Source: Nitrospira sp. (GTDB lineage Bacteria; Nitrospirota; Nitrospiria; Nitrospirales; Nitrospiraceae). Taken from it: 64,000 bases of DNA. A program made the translations under genes and the position numbers. The DNA lies in the NCBI GenBank assembly GCA_047150005.1, contig AP038806.1:352001-416000 (forward strand). Reading direction: 5' to 3'. Below the pieces are notes generated by a model. It saw nothing but the letters and a program-made list of their open reading frames with translations, did no database searches and was not told the origin of the DNA. Below are positions 9,658 through 19,742 of the stretch, piece by piece (within the stretch, counting starts at the first letter, position 1; every line of letters begins with the position of its first letter).

Positions 9658-10727
9658 TGAATAGGTCCGTGCTGCGCGATTGAAGGCTTAGGATCTTTAT
9701 TCTCTCGTTTGATGAGCGCCTCTCCCATTACCTCCGCCACGGCTTCATGGCCTGCCGGCGAAAAGTGCACAAAATCCTTGAACAATTCATGACGACCGGC
9801 CACTGAGCTTTCTAGATCGATCAACATGATCCCTTCTTCAGATGCAACTCTTCTGACAGTTGCATTCAGCCGTTCAACTGATACGACCCATCCTTCCACT
9901 GACAGGAAGCTGCTGTACTTGAACATGCCTAGGGCGACATCCTTCGGGAATGCTGCAAGATCCTTTCTTGTGTGACTCGTCGCAAATGTCGTGAGGACTG
10001 GCACAGATCCCATGGATCTAACGGTATCGATAAAAGTCCGCAGCATCGCCACATACTCCTGTTCTCCCTTGAGTCCCAGATCATTCACAAGGACACGGCT
10101 GGCACCAATTCGTGCTGAAATCTGTCCCTTGACGTTTGCATAGATCGTCGTATGCTCGACCAACCAATTCGCCCATGTTATAGGTCCCGCTGCCTTGGGT
10201 TGATTGTTCGGTTGTGCTGCTCCTTGCACCCGATTACCTGCGAGAGTTCGTTTGGCAATAGAAGAAATCGACAATGACATCTGATAGAGAATGACATAAT
10301 CAGGTTGCCATTGTTTGCCAAACTGCCTCAGATCATTTACGTTTTCCGGAATATCGAGCCCTGCCCTCGAGGCATTTAGTACCACTGCATTGGATCCCTT
10401 CTCCTTCAAGAGGCGTTCGAGAACATTTGGGAATGTCATCGAGGGCGAAAGATAAATATCTTCCGCATGTGACGATGACGCTATCCAATATCGATGATTA
10501 GGAGATACCTTTTCCTGTGGAACAATCCTACTACGAAACGGGAAACTCGGAGTCGGTCCGAATTCCTGAGTGCCGTGCTGTCCTGCAGGCGCACTCTCAC
10601 TCGTGACCGGAAATCCGAAAATCAAGGTTTCCCAGCCACGATGTTTCGCCCGAACCTCCAGCCCCAATTCCAGAGCGATTAGGGCGCAAGCGATCCAGAA
10701 AACCATTCTAAGCGAATTCAGTTTCAA
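9654..10727 (-). CDS. SGNH-like periplasmic acyltransferase/hydrolase, probable partner of the adjacent MBOAT
   Basis: N-terminal anchor; block I-like IASSSH, LNASRAG, block V DFVHFSPAGH; overlaps the MBOAT start codon. Start codon is TTG. Confidence 0.75.
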   Translation of the reverse strand: MKLNSLRMVFWIACALIALELGLEVRAKHRGWETLIFGFPVTSESAPAGQHGTQEFGPTPSFPFRSRIVPQEKVSPNHRYWIASSSHAEDIYLSPSMTFPNVLERLLKEKGSNAVVLNASRAGLDIPENVNDLRQFGKQWQPDYVILYQMSLSISSIAKRTLAGNRVQGAAQPNNQPKAAGPITWANWLVEHTTIYANVKGQISARIGASRVLVNDLGLKGEQEYVAMLRTFIDTVRSMGSVPVLTTFATSHTRKDLAAFPKDVALGMFKYSSFLSVEGWVVSVERLNATVRRVASEEGIMLIDLESSVAGRHELFKDFVHFSPAGHEAVAEVMGEALIKRENKDPKPSIAQHGPIQ

Positions 10728-10781
10728 CGGATTCTTCTGCGCAAGATTGAAAAGTGGAATGCCAGAATATTTGTGAGGTCA

Positions 10782-12215
10782 TTAGGGTGCGAGCCCGAAT
10801 GAACAAGACTTTGGCGAGGTTGGTTTAGCTTCGAGCTTTGGCAACGGGACGCCGGCAAGATTCGGTCCCCGAACCACTGTCGTTTTCGTTTCGCCGTCGA
10901 CTACTTCTGAAACATTTCGGAGCGCCACCACGAAGGCGATCATAATCCATAGACTCGGATACCAGAGGGTGGAGATAAATACTCCACTAACGATAAACCC
11001 GATCAAACTGCCTTCCATGGCTCTGGCAAGGTACATACGAACATCTTCACCAACTTTCATGATTTGACCGTGCTTTCGCACCGACTCAGCAGGTGCGAGC
11101 TTGACCCTCACAAATTTAAGATCTTTGTAGCATTGATAGAACATCAGCCCGATAATGATGATGCCGGCAAGTCCCAACTCTGAAATCAGTGTAACCCAGG
11201 CCGAGTGTGCCTGCCGGCCGGCTATGGATCTTCCTTTAAACGTCCGTCCTTCCTGATAGATATCAAAGGCCCAGGGGAAATTACTCTGCCCGATCCCTAT
11301 GATCGGATTCCAGTAAAACATCTCCATTCCAATGCCCCAGGTATAAAACCGTTCGGCGCCGGTACCATGCTGAAGCGTTTGATCGCTGGTTGAAGAAGCT
11401 ATTTCGTCCCAGTAGGATTCTGGTGCAAGCACCACCATAAAAACCACCGCCACAGCCAATACAATCAGGGCATTCATTTTCCTGGGAGAGCGATACCAGC
11501 AGTAGGCCCCAACCGCAGCCAGTCCCATAAACCCTCCGCGCGACAGACTGGCCATGGCCGCAAGAATGATGATTCCAAGAACACCCAGGTATTTCAACCG
11601 TTGCACGACATTGGTTGCAGAGAACATCAAAAAGTAGGCGAAGGGCGCAGCCATGTCCATTACCATGCAGAAGTCATTTTCGTCTCCCATCCACGAACCG
11701 ATACCTTTTCCTCCCTTCAGTGTTCCCATCACTGCCAGAAATCCATGAATACCGATCCACAACTTCATGAGGGTCATCATCTTTTCTGTAGAATCAACGA
11801 ACGTGATAATGCCGAGATACACACAGTAGAGAAGAACCGTATCCTTAAATGTCATGAGCGCCCAAAAATTGTTTGTGGCGATCGGCACATGAATTGCCAT
11901 GATGCCAAGGAGTGGTATCCAGAGCCTCGTTTGAAGTCTGGAAAAGTTGATCTTTCCTGAACCCAACACTTTCCAGAGAATCAATATTGAAAGCCCCATC
12001 CCAAAGGGAATGCCCTTGATGCCCGGAAGCTGATCTTGAGGACGCCCAAACTCAAAAATCAGATATGCCAAGACGAGATAAAAGCCTGCTTTGCTTTCTG
12101 GCTGTCCCTGAGGCCGCAAGCCTAGTTGAAGATTCGGATTGCGGCCGGGAAGCGGCTGCAACTGGCTGGCCTCTCCTGGCCCCTTCGACCCCTGGAATGC
12201 CGCGGTAGGATACAT
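10782..12215 (-). CDS. O-antigen ligase/Wzy polymerase family protein (exosortase-system type)
   Basis: GRPQD, DENDF, SLSRGGF, GIGQSNF, AHSAW...ELGLAG; multiple TM helices. Confidence 0.85.
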   Translation of the reverse strand: MYPTAAFQGSKGPGEASQLQPLPGRNPNLQLGLRPQGQPESKAGFYLVLAYLIFEFGRPQDQLPGIKGIPFGMGLSILILWKVLGSGKINFSRLQTRLWIPLLGIMAIHVPIATNNFWALMTFKDTVLLYCVYLGIITFVDSTEKMMTLMKLWIGIHGFLAVMGTLKGGKGIGSWMGDENDFCMVMDMAAPFAYFLMFSATNVVQRLKYLGVLGIIILAAMASLSRGGFMGLAAVGAYCWYRSPRKMNALIVLAVAVVFMVVLAPESYWDEIASSTSDQTLQHGTGAERFYTWGIGMEMFYWNPIIGIGQSNFPWAFDIYQEGRTFKGRSIAGRQAHSAWVTLISELGLAGIIIIGLMFYQCYKDLKFVRVKLAPAESVRKHGQIMKVGEDVRMYLARAMEGSLIGFIVSGVFISTLWYPSLWIMIAFVVALRNVSEVVDGETKTTVVRGPNLAGVPLPKLEAKPTSPKSCSFGLAP

Positions 12216-12227
12216 CCGGAATTCCTA

Positions 12228-13346
12228 CTACCCAATGCGAAGGAGGCTGCGGTAGAGTTGCTGGTAGTTCTCACCCATGCGTCTGGCACTGAAGCGTCGC
12301 CGAATCCTCTCGACGGCATTTCGACCGAGTGTCTCACGCATAGTCCCATTAGCCAACAACCTGCACAGAGCGTCGGACAAGGCTTCGGAATCATTCGAGG
12401 ACACTAGCAAGCCTGTTTCTCCTTCTACGACCAACTCCGCGTTTCCTCCCACCCGAGTTACCACGGCAGGTCGACCGGCCGCCATCGCCTCCAAGAGTGC
12501 CAGCGAGAGACCTTCCGACAGGGAGGGCAGCACAAAAACGTCCAGACTAGCCAAAATCATCGAGATGTCGTTACGCATTCCCAGAAAGCGGACATGTCGT
12601 TCGATCCCCAACTCCTTGGCCTGATCCTTGAGCTGATCCTCCAGGATCCCCCGTCCGACCAGCAAGAGCACAACCTCGGGATATCGAGAGAGAACGGCCG
12701 GCATCGCATCCAGCAGATACCGATGCCCCTTCACCGGATACAGGCTTCCAATTGCTCCAACGACAAGTCCGTCGCTCAACAAACCTAATGCTGCTCGACT
12801 CTTGATCATTTCCTCACGGGTTACCGGTCGGCCCAGTTCCACGCCGTTATAGATCACTTGAACTGCCGCATCTGCAAGACCGATTTTGTCCATGACGAAT
12901 CGCTTGAGGTCTTCTGAAACCGCCACCAGCTTTCCGGATCGAGCGACCATTCGGTAGGCTAGGCGGCGTCGCCGCTTTTCCCAAAAATAATTTTTCCCGT
13001 GGATGGTCCCCACGAAGGGGAGGCCGGCCAGGCGAGCAATAATCCAGCCATAGACAATCGCGCTGAACTCATGGGTATGGATAAGACTTACATGTTCACG
13101 CCGAACAAGTTTCCAGCATTCTCGAAACCATCTCCAACCGAACATTCCCCTTATGGGCAGCACATGCACACCCAATCCTTTGCTTTCACATTGCTCCTTG
13201 AGCCAGCCTGGACGAAACAGCCCGATGAGGACATGAAAGCCAAGCTCCTCCAGGGAGGCGGCAAGGCTGCTGATCATTCGTTCTGCACCGCCTGGACCGC
13301 TACTCGTGGAGAGGAACAGGATAGTCTTGCCGCTTGCCTGATTCAT
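12228..13346 (-). CDS. GT4 family glycosyltransferase
   Basis: GGAER, YPVKGH, LPSLSEGLSLALLEAMAAG. Confidence 0.92.
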   Translation of the reverse strand: MNQASGKTILFLSTSSGPGGAERMISSLAASLEELGFHVLIGLFRPGWLKEQCESKGLGVHVLPIRGMFGWRWFRECWKLVRREHVSLIHTHEFSAIVYGWIIARLAGLPFVGTIHGKNYFWEKRRRRLAYRMVARSGKLVAVSEDLKRFVMDKIGLADAAVQVIYNGVELGRPVTREEMIKSRAALGLLSDGLVVGAIGSLYPVKGHRYLLDAMPAVLSRYPEVVLLLVGRGILEDQLKDQAKELGIERHVRFLGMRNDISMILASLDVFVLPSLSEGLSLALLEAMAAGRPAVVTRVGGNAELVVEGETGLLVSSNDSEALSDALCRLLANGTMRETLGRNAVERIRRRFSARRMGENYQQLYRSLLRIG

Positions 13347-13347
13347 C

Positions 13348-14427
13348 CTATTTCTGCCCGACAAAGCAAAATGAGTGACAGAGACGCCCCTTACCCTCCA
13401 AGACGGTAAGGATCTTCAGCAGGGCCAAATATACGTTTTGCCGGAAGGATAGTCTCGATCCATCACTCGTCAGAGCTGACAGATGCTTGACAACAGCCCC
13501 TCGCACCAACGGAACAATGGAGGTGGGATTGCGATAGTCGGGCCATGGGAAGTAGGACTCTATTTTGGAAAATTCTGCCTCTCGAATGAGTCGATGATAT
13601 TGGCTCAACGAATGCGTGTAGGTGAAGTACGGCCCTCCCGTCCGAAAGCGGCAATAGAGATTGGCCATGACCCTCGGCATCAAACTGGTAAATCGCAGAA
13701 AGCTATGGTCATCGTGGTCGCCCAGCATGTACCGAAGACTAAACCGGTTCTCGATCCCGATATAGACATGCCCGCCTGGTTTGAGTACTCTTCTGGCTTC
13801 CCGCAGAGCCTGTTGCTGAAGTTCAATTGGATTTCTCGCTGTGTCGATGCCGCCCAGCCATTCCAAAACCCCGTTGAACGCCACGATGTCCACGCTGTTG
13901 TCCGGAAGCGGCAGCTTGATCGCCGAGCCCAGAACCGGCGTCACATTGAATTTCTTATCCTGGCGACAGCGAATCTGGACGAACTTGACACGCTCAAAGG
14001 TGGCATCCAAGGCAACGACCGTACCCACCTCCTGAGAAATCGGAGCCGCATTCGTTCCCCACCCGCAGCCGACGTCCAGGAAAGTCGATTCCGGACCATG
14101 CGGAATGATGCTGATCCATAACGAGCGACTCTCGTCATCCACGTACTTGTAGATGAATGGATCCTGGATGTGTTGTTCGAACGCCTTCCTGTATCCGAGC
14201 CGTTCCGAGTCTTTGAGAATGGTCGTCATCAGGTCTTTCGGCACCTCACCATGATAGGTCGAGAGTTCGGAAAAACAGGGAATCCCTCCTTGGATCGGGT
14301 ACCGTCGATCACAAGTTGGGCAACTGTATGCATCGGAAAGTTTCGTCAGCGTTCCTTTGCATTCCGGGCAGCAAAACTCCGCCCAATACCTCGTTGCCGG
14401 TTTGGCCGCGTATTGGCCTTGATTCAT
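13348..14427 (-). CDS. Class I SAM methyltransferase with N-terminal Trm112-like zinc ribbon
   Basis: CCPECK...CPTC...YPIQGGIP, FLDVGCGWG, LKPGG, IENRF. Start moved to ATG 14427. Confidence 0.88.
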   Translation of the reverse strand: MNQGQYAAKPATRYWAEFCCPECKGTLTKLSDAYSCPTCDRRYPIQGGIPCFSELSTYHGEVPKDLMTTILKDSERLGYRKAFEQHIQDPFIYKYVDDESRSLWISIIPHGPESTFLDVGCGWGTNAAPISQEVGTVVALDATFERVKFVQIRCRQDKKFNVTPVLGSAIKLPLPDNSVDIVAFNGVLEWLGGIDTARNPIELQQQALREARRVLKPGGHVYIGIENRFSLRYMLGDHDDHSFLRFTSLMPRVMANLYCRFRTGGPYFTYTHSLSQYHRLIREAEFSKIESYFPWPDYRNPTSIVPLVRGAVVKHLSALTSDGSRLSFRQNVYLALLKILTVLEGKGRLCHSFCFVGQK

Positions 14428-14428
14428 A

Positions 14429-15073
14429 TTATTCCTTTCCATCGACGTTTGCGGCGACGGCTTTCCCGGATCGCTCGTGCCTGCCCAGCTTTTCCAACAG
14501 ATGGTCACAAGACTCCTTGATTCGGTCAAAACACAACTGGAAGTCTTGCCTGCCGCCACGATGAGGATCGGCAATATCGAGCGAGCCTTTCCTGCAGAAT
14601 CGACCAAGCACGAATACCTTGTGCCGATCCTGCGGATACAGTTTCACAATCCGCTCCTTTTGAGCCATTTCCATCACCAACACCAGATCCGCCTGCTGGA
14701 TCAGTTTCTGATGGATAGGCCTTGCGGCATGGCTTTCCAACGAGATCCCATGTTGCCCGGCGACTTCCCGCGCCAATTTGTGGGCAGACATTCCCGGGAA
14801 TGTATCGACCCCGGCTGAGACAATTGTCAACAAGCGCCCTTCCTTCCTGACTTTCTCTCGCAAATAGACTTCAGCCAGAGGACTGCGGCATAGGTTTCTC
14901 GTGCAGACGACAAGAATAGTCCGTACAGGCAGCGGCAAACTTTTCGGCACCTTCCTTTCGAACATTTCCCGGAGAAATCTCAGACGTCGATAGCTGTGCC
15001 TCCCCGTCTCCTGCAAACCGTAGAAGCATCTCCGTAGGTGTTCCCTGAACCACGCCGCGGTGATCCGACTCAT
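14429..15073 (-). CDS. wzb: Low-molecular-weight protein tyrosine phosphatase (Wzb-like)
   Basis: P-loop VCTRNLCRSP, SAG, DIADP. Confidence 0.85.
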   Translation of the reverse strand: MSRITAAWFREHLRRCFYGLQETGRHSYRRLRFLREMFERKVPKSLPLPVRTILVVCTRNLCRSPLAEVYLREKVRKEGRLLTIVSAGVDTFPGMSAHKLAREVAGQHGISLESHAARPIHQKLIQQADLVLVMEMAQKERIVKLYPQDRHKVFVLGRFCRKGSLDIADPHRGGRQDFQLCFDRIKESCDHLLEKLGRHERSGKAVAANVDGKE

Positions 15074-16299
15074 GCATGGCCTTTGACCAGAGCCGTCAGG
15101 TATTGCCGCAGTTCATATCGCGCGGGAGCGGGATCTTCCCAACGCTCGATTTCGTAATGAAGATCATGTTGGAAAAAACGTAAAAAGTCCAAAACATTCC
15201 GGACACGTGACGGATAGCCCGGGGGAAGTTTGAGGCTTTGGTTTGATTTAAACGTTCTCATCAATAAATGGTCCAAATCTCCCAAGAACCATCGTGATTT
15301 CACACCTGCCCGGTAGCTCCCATGAGGCAGGGCAACAGGCAGCCCCTTGACGAGCTGATAGAGAAGATGGGGGAAATTGATCCCTGCATCGAGCGCGAGT
15401 TGGAGCGAACCCCAAAATCGGCCGTTGATTTCCATCAGGTTCGGAATACCGGTCCCGTGCTCGACCTTAAACTCTACCATCGCCACGCCGTGCCATCTGA
15501 CTTTCTTAAGCAATCGTACCGCATGATCCGTCATTTCCTTTGGAAGTTCTATGCTTTCACGAAGCACGCTGATGCCTCCCGAAGGAGGCTTTTCTCGAAT
15601 CCGTCGATGCGCAAAGAGCGCGACCGGATCACCGGAATTGCATAGCGCAAATACTCCCTGCCCTTCCCCTTCAATGCGCTTCTGGATCAGAGAAGGCTCA
15701 CGGAGATAGGGAACGGTGCGATACAACAGATCAAGCTCGTCCCGATTGTCCACCTGATGGACGCTGGTTTTGGTCCAGTGTCCGTTGACCAACACGAGAG
15801 ACCTGCCCGGTTTGACGATGAGCGGATAGCCGCCGAGCGCTTCCGTATCGGCCGGCGGAATCCCCTGGTCAACAAAGACGGTGGACGGAATGGGTACTCC
15901 CTGTTCGGCAGCCAATCGACACAGGTGGTATTTATCGGAGACCAGATTGTAACTCTCCACAGACGGGAGGCCGAGAGTTTTGGACAGTCCTAAGCTTTCT
16001 CTGTGTTCGGCAACAGCCTGCATGGTCGCATCGGTGACCGGCATGATCACCGTGATGTTCAATTGCCTGACGGCTTCGGCCAGACTTGAGATGAAATGTC
16101 GAGGATCTGAAAGCGGCGAAGGATACTGCCACTGCCTCACACAATATCGTGACGCACCGGCCAGCGATGAGTCGGTCTCGGCTCCAACCACGACCGGAAT
16201 CCCTGCTTGGCCAAGACCTCTTGTCACAGCCAATGCTGACCGTTCATTACCATCTGTAACCAGGACGCAGCATTTGTGACCCAGTGGTACTTTTTGCAT
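15070..16299 (-). CDS. ATP-grasp carboxylate-amine ligase family protein
   Basis: DKY, YPLIVKP, HRRIREKPPSGG, MVEFK, LMEINGRFWGS. Confidence 0.88.
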   Translation of the reverse strand: MQKVPLGHKCCVLVTDGNERSALAVTRGLGQAGIPVVVGAETDSSLAGASRYCVRQWQYPSPLSDPRHFISSLAEAVRQLNITVIMPVTDATMQAVAEHRESLGLSKTLGLPSVESYNLVSDKYHLCRLAAEQGVPIPSTVFVDQGIPPADTEALGGYPLIVKPGRSLVLVNGHWTKTSVHQVDNRDELDLLYRTVPYLREPSLIQKRIEGEGQGVFALCNSGDPVALFAHRRIREKPPSGGISVLRESIELPKEMTDHAVRLLKKVRWHGVAMVEFKVEHGTGIPNLMEINGRFWGSLQLALDAGINFPHLLYQLVKGLPVALPHGSYRAGVKSRWFLGDLDHLLMRTFKSNQSLKLPPGYPSRVRNVLDFLRFFQHDLHYEIERWEDPAPARYELRQYLTALVKGHA

Positions 16300-16513
16300 T
16301 CTAGGATTATCTGACGCTAGCGTAAATATTATGGAGCCACCGAGATATCATTGGTCGGCACAAGCCCACCTGTGAGTTCTTCGCATTCTTTAGCTTAGAG
16401 ATGCTGCTTTCGGAACAGAAAATAGCTTCGATCCGGACCAAAGCCATATGTCGCTGCTAACGAATTCGGCTTGTATACTGGAGCAGTTACTACTAGAACC
16501 TATCTCAAAATGG

Positions 16514-16541
16514 TTGTGCTCATCAGAAAAGTGCCTATAAT
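16514..16541 (+). promoter_or_regulatory. Sigma70-like transposase promoter (TTGTGC-16 bp-TATAAT)
   Basis: Perfect -10 box 8 nt before the transposase ATG; same architecture conserved in the related remnant at 39271-39298. Confidence 0.55.
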
Positions 16542-16549
16542 GCGCCCGC

Positions 16550-17320
16550 ATGTTGCGCCTGCGCGACGACCAATGGGAGCGGATTCGGGAACATTTTCCC
16601 GAGGAACACATTCCCGAAGGCCGGCCCGGCCGCAAACCCGTGCCCGCCCGCGCGGTCTTGGAGGCCGTGCTGTGGATTCTGAACACCGGGGCGCAGTGGC
16701 ACATGCTGCCGCAGTGCTATCCCAACTACAAAACGGTTCATCGCCGATTTCAGCAGTGGTGCGAACGCGAGGTGCTGCGCGAGATTCTCACGCAGTTGGC
16801 GAATACGCTGCGCGACGAGGGCGCCATCGACGAGCGCGAGAGTTTCATCGACGCGACGTTCGCGGCCGCCAAGGGCGGGGGCGACGCGGTGGGGCTCACG
16901 AAACGCGGCAAAGGCGTGAAGATCCTGGCGATTGTGGATCGTCATGGGTTGCCGCTCTCGGTCAGTACGCACGCGGCCAATCATCATGAGGTCACATTGG
17001 TCCAACTCAGTTTCGACTTCTACATGCTGGAGGCCAAGCCCGAGCATCTCATCGGCGATCGGGCCTATGACAGCGATGGGCTCGATGACGACCTCAAGCA
17101 AGGCGGCGTGAACCTGATCGCGCCGCACCGGTCCACCCGCAAACTCAAGACCCAGGACGGGCGCCACTTGCGCCGGTACCAACGCCGCTGGCTCGTCGAA
17201 CGGTTCTTTGCGTGGCTCCAATGGAAGCGGCGGTTACTCGTACGTTGGGAATATTACGCCTCAAACTTCCTGGGGTTTGTGCAGCTCGCATCGATTACCA
17301 TGCTCCTAAAGCAATTTTGA
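16550..17320 (+). CDS. IS5-family DDE transposase
   Basis: LWILNTGAQWHMLP, IDAT, GDRAYDSD, YQRRWLVERFFAWL; single intact 256-aa ORF. Confidence 0.95.
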   Translation: MLRLRDDQWERIREHFPEEHIPEGRPGRKPVPARAVLEAVLWILNTGAQWHMLPQCYPNYKTVHRRFQQWCEREVLREILTQLANTLRDEGAIDERESFIDATFAAAKGGGDAVGLTKRGKGVKILAIVDRHGLPLSVSTHAANHHEVTLVQLSFDFYMLEAKPEHLIGDRAYDSDGLDDDLKQGGVNLIAPHRSTRKLKTQDGRHLRRYQRRWLVERFFAWLQWKRRLLVRWEYYASNFLGFVQLASITMLLKQF

Positions 17321-18374
17321 GATAGGTTCTAACTCAAAACCTTGCTGTTCGATGAGTGGACGGAAATCCTTTCTTGTATCGTCACGTTCTCTCGAAAGGA
17401 GTCTCGGCTCACCGCTTGGCTGGTTTTGCACAACCAACATGAAGTAAGAGATCCGATGCCGGCCTATGAGCTCCAACCACCAAGAAATCGACTCCATCGG
17501 ACATTCTGGAAAGCTTTGAATATTTGTGACCAGATCTATGGAGTTTTCATCGATAGCGGCTTCCACCCTGTCAAGAGGTATCGTCTTGGCTCGGCTCTGA
17601 GCCCCTCGAAACTGGAGATAGTACTCGCATAGGAATGTAGACTCGGGGACAGCATCCGCACAAAACACATCAATATTTGAGAAGGTCTCTGCGAGGCGGT
17701 GCGCTAGGCGACCATAGCCTGCACCAATATCAAGTATCTTGAACGATTCCTGCTCAGAAATGTGCAGATATCGTTCCAAGAAATTGATCTCCAAAATTGA
17801 ATCTAGAAGGTCTCGGCTTACAACACAGTTGACATCAGCCTCCAAATGAATAGGAAACGTGACAGCACCAAAGCTGTTATCTTCCCGTAATCTTCCCAGT
17901 AGATTCATCTTATCGTTCTGATGGACGTAAGCCGTTGTGACGGCATAAGGCAACATGGGATCTTGGCCCAAACCACGTGTTTGCCAAATGTACATATTGT
18001 CTGCACGAAAGTAGCACAAGTCTATGTCTTTGGCTGTGGCGGAATCATTCCAAGCTGAATGCTTCGTAGCCGGATGTCCTCGGTATCTCCGTATATAGTC
18101 GAGCAGTTGCGGATTATCTCTGCGCAAGTATTGTTCCGCCCCATCTGGGAGCTGGAATTTTGGTTGGCTAGCCAGCGCGTCGTGAATCCACCACGTGCTC
18201 GGAAGCCTGCTTCTCCTGACAAGAGCAACATCAAAATGTCCTAAAGCTTCGTTTAAGACTTTCACAACTTTCCCAAGAGCCATTTGTGCCCCTTAGAGAT
18301 GACAATACGTCTGAAGTCTGCAACGTACTTGGCCGTCAAAAGCCAGTGAACACGAAACCAAAGCTCATATAGGA

Positions 18375-19424
18375 CTATCGAAGTCCAGACAATGTCAGCG
18401 CAAACAGCGAGTCCGACGCAGCAGCATCCTCGTGCACACTGATGCGCTTGAGCGCAAAGGCATCATGTGGCCGCCCATCTTCCAGTCCGATCTCGCAGCC
18501 GACCGCGCCAAGATAACCGGCAGCCTTTGTCAGGCTCTGAATTTTCCGATTGAAATTGCCGTTCGGATAGCAAAACACAGGAACCGGCGCGAGGTCGTGT
18601 TTGAGCAACGCCTCCCGAGACTCGATCAATTCTTCCTCGACTTCTGCGAGCGGAATGTTGGTCAGAATCCGGTGAGAACAGGAATGTGCTCCGAACGTAA
18701 TATTGTGCTTCGCCATTTCCTTCACTTCATTCCAATCCAATAGAACACGAACGCCCGGCGGCCTGACACCCAGTGCCTGACTTAACTGGTGGACGAATTC
18801 CGCAATGGTCTCAGGAGGAAGATTCTTACACTGCTCGATCAATCGATCGGAATTGACCGACACGTCTGATTCGGCCAATAGCGGCAAGCACGGCGTCGCA
18901 GCCCCCTCAGCCTGCGTGACCTTGGCCAACACGCTCACCAATGCACCATGGAAATCCTTCTCTCTCATTTGTTGCTGCGCCTGTCCGAGCACATAGGCCA
19001 GTTCGTCTGGCCAGAACCATCGTGAGGTACCGATGTAATCCGTGGCAAGAAAAATCGTGGCAGGGAGACCATACTTTTTGAGGACCGGAAAGGCATATCG
19101 ATAATTGTCATGCCAGCCGTCGTCGAACGTGATCACGCAATAGCGCTTGCTGGAATCCAACCCATCGGTGCGCCACTGTTCGAGCAGGTCTGCGAACGGC
19201 AGCACGACAAACCGCTCACGAAGGTATGCCGCATGCGCCTCGAAGGACTCGGTTCGAACGTACATTCCCGGCTGAATATGCTCGGCTCGGACCATGTCGT
19301 TGGGGACCACACGATGATAGGTGACAATGGCCACCCGCCCACGATTCCGAACATGCGCCAGTCCGGAATAATAATAGGTCTCCGCCAGCAGTTTCCACGC
19401 CGTTGCCTTGAACTCGGCTAACAC
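18375..19424 (-). CDS. Polysaccharide deacetylase (CE4/NodB)
   Basis: YHRV, ITFDDGWHDNY, FGAHSCSH, FCYPNG. GTG start at 19424 preceded by AAGGAG. Confidence 0.9.
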   Translation of the reverse strand: MLAEFKATAWKLLAETYYYSGLAHVRNRGRVAIVTYHRVVPNDMVRAEHIQPGMYVRTESFEAHAAYLRERFVVLPFADLLEQWRTDGLDSSKRYCVITFDDGWHDNYRYAFPVLKKYGLPATIFLATDYIGTSRWFWPDELAYVLGQAQQQMREKDFHGALVSVLAKVTQAEGAATPCLPLLAESDVSVNSDRLIEQCKNLPPETIAEFVHQLSQALGVRPPGVRVLLDWNEVKEMAKHNITFGAHSCSHRILTNIPLAEVEEELIESREALLKHDLAPVPVFCYPNGNFNRKIQSLTKAAGYLGAVGCEIGLEDGRPHDAFALKRISVHEDAAASDSLFALTLSGLR

Positions 19425-19550
19425 GTCGACTCCTTGATGCGGTACGCCTGAGAACACGGCGGGAACTGGGAGTGAGCGACAAAACACCGTACGAACAAAG
19501 GGACAAGCCCGCATACTTGCGGCGCCTGTCCCTTGGCAAATTGCACTGGA

Positions 19551-19703
19551 CTAGAACAGCGTATAGATGAAAGGCGCAACGGCCGATCCCTGCGTGAGGA
19601 CGATGAGACTCCCCAATAACACGAGAACCAATATAATCGGCAGAAGCCAAAACTTCTTCCGCTCGCGCATGAACGCCCACAATTCCTGAAGAAACTCTCC
19701 CAT
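19551..19703 (-). CDS. SxtK-like small membrane peptide (DUF5989), 50 aa
   Basis: Below the ORF-track cutoff; translated by hand: MGEFLQELWAFMRERKKFWLLPIILVLVLLGSLIVLTQGSAVAPFIYTLF, with strong SD AGGAGG and position directly after the SxtJ-like gene. Confidence 0.9.
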   Translation of the reverse strand: MGEFLQELWAFMRERKKFWLLPIILVLVLLGSLIVLTQGSAVAPFIYTLF

Positions 19704-19742
19704 CTGTCATCCTCCTAATACCAGCGTGCTGCCGTCGCGACG

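Larger units (their letters stand above)
16494..17331 (+). mobile_element. IS5-family (IS427-like) insertion sequence including the flanking TA duplication
   Basis: Perfect 18-bp inverted repeat TAGAACCTATCTCAAAAT (16494-16511) / ATTTTGAGATAGGTTCTA (17314-17331), terminal TA read as the target duplication; visibly GC-richer than its flanks. Confidence 0.95.
16395..18283 (-). pseudogene. Putative sugar O-methyltransferase interrupted near its 3' end by an IS5-family element
   Basis: ILDIGAGYGRLA, SRDLLDS, SFPEC motifs in 17330-18283. Removing the IS and one TA restores ...QQGFEL-VVTAPVYKPNSLAATYGFGPDRSYFLFRKQHL* ending at 16395. Confidence 0.85.

Noticed and set aside
16535..17221. 228-aa minus-strand ORF inside the IS
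   Set aside because: Antisense to the transposase, typical of GC-rich IS5 elements; no independent support.
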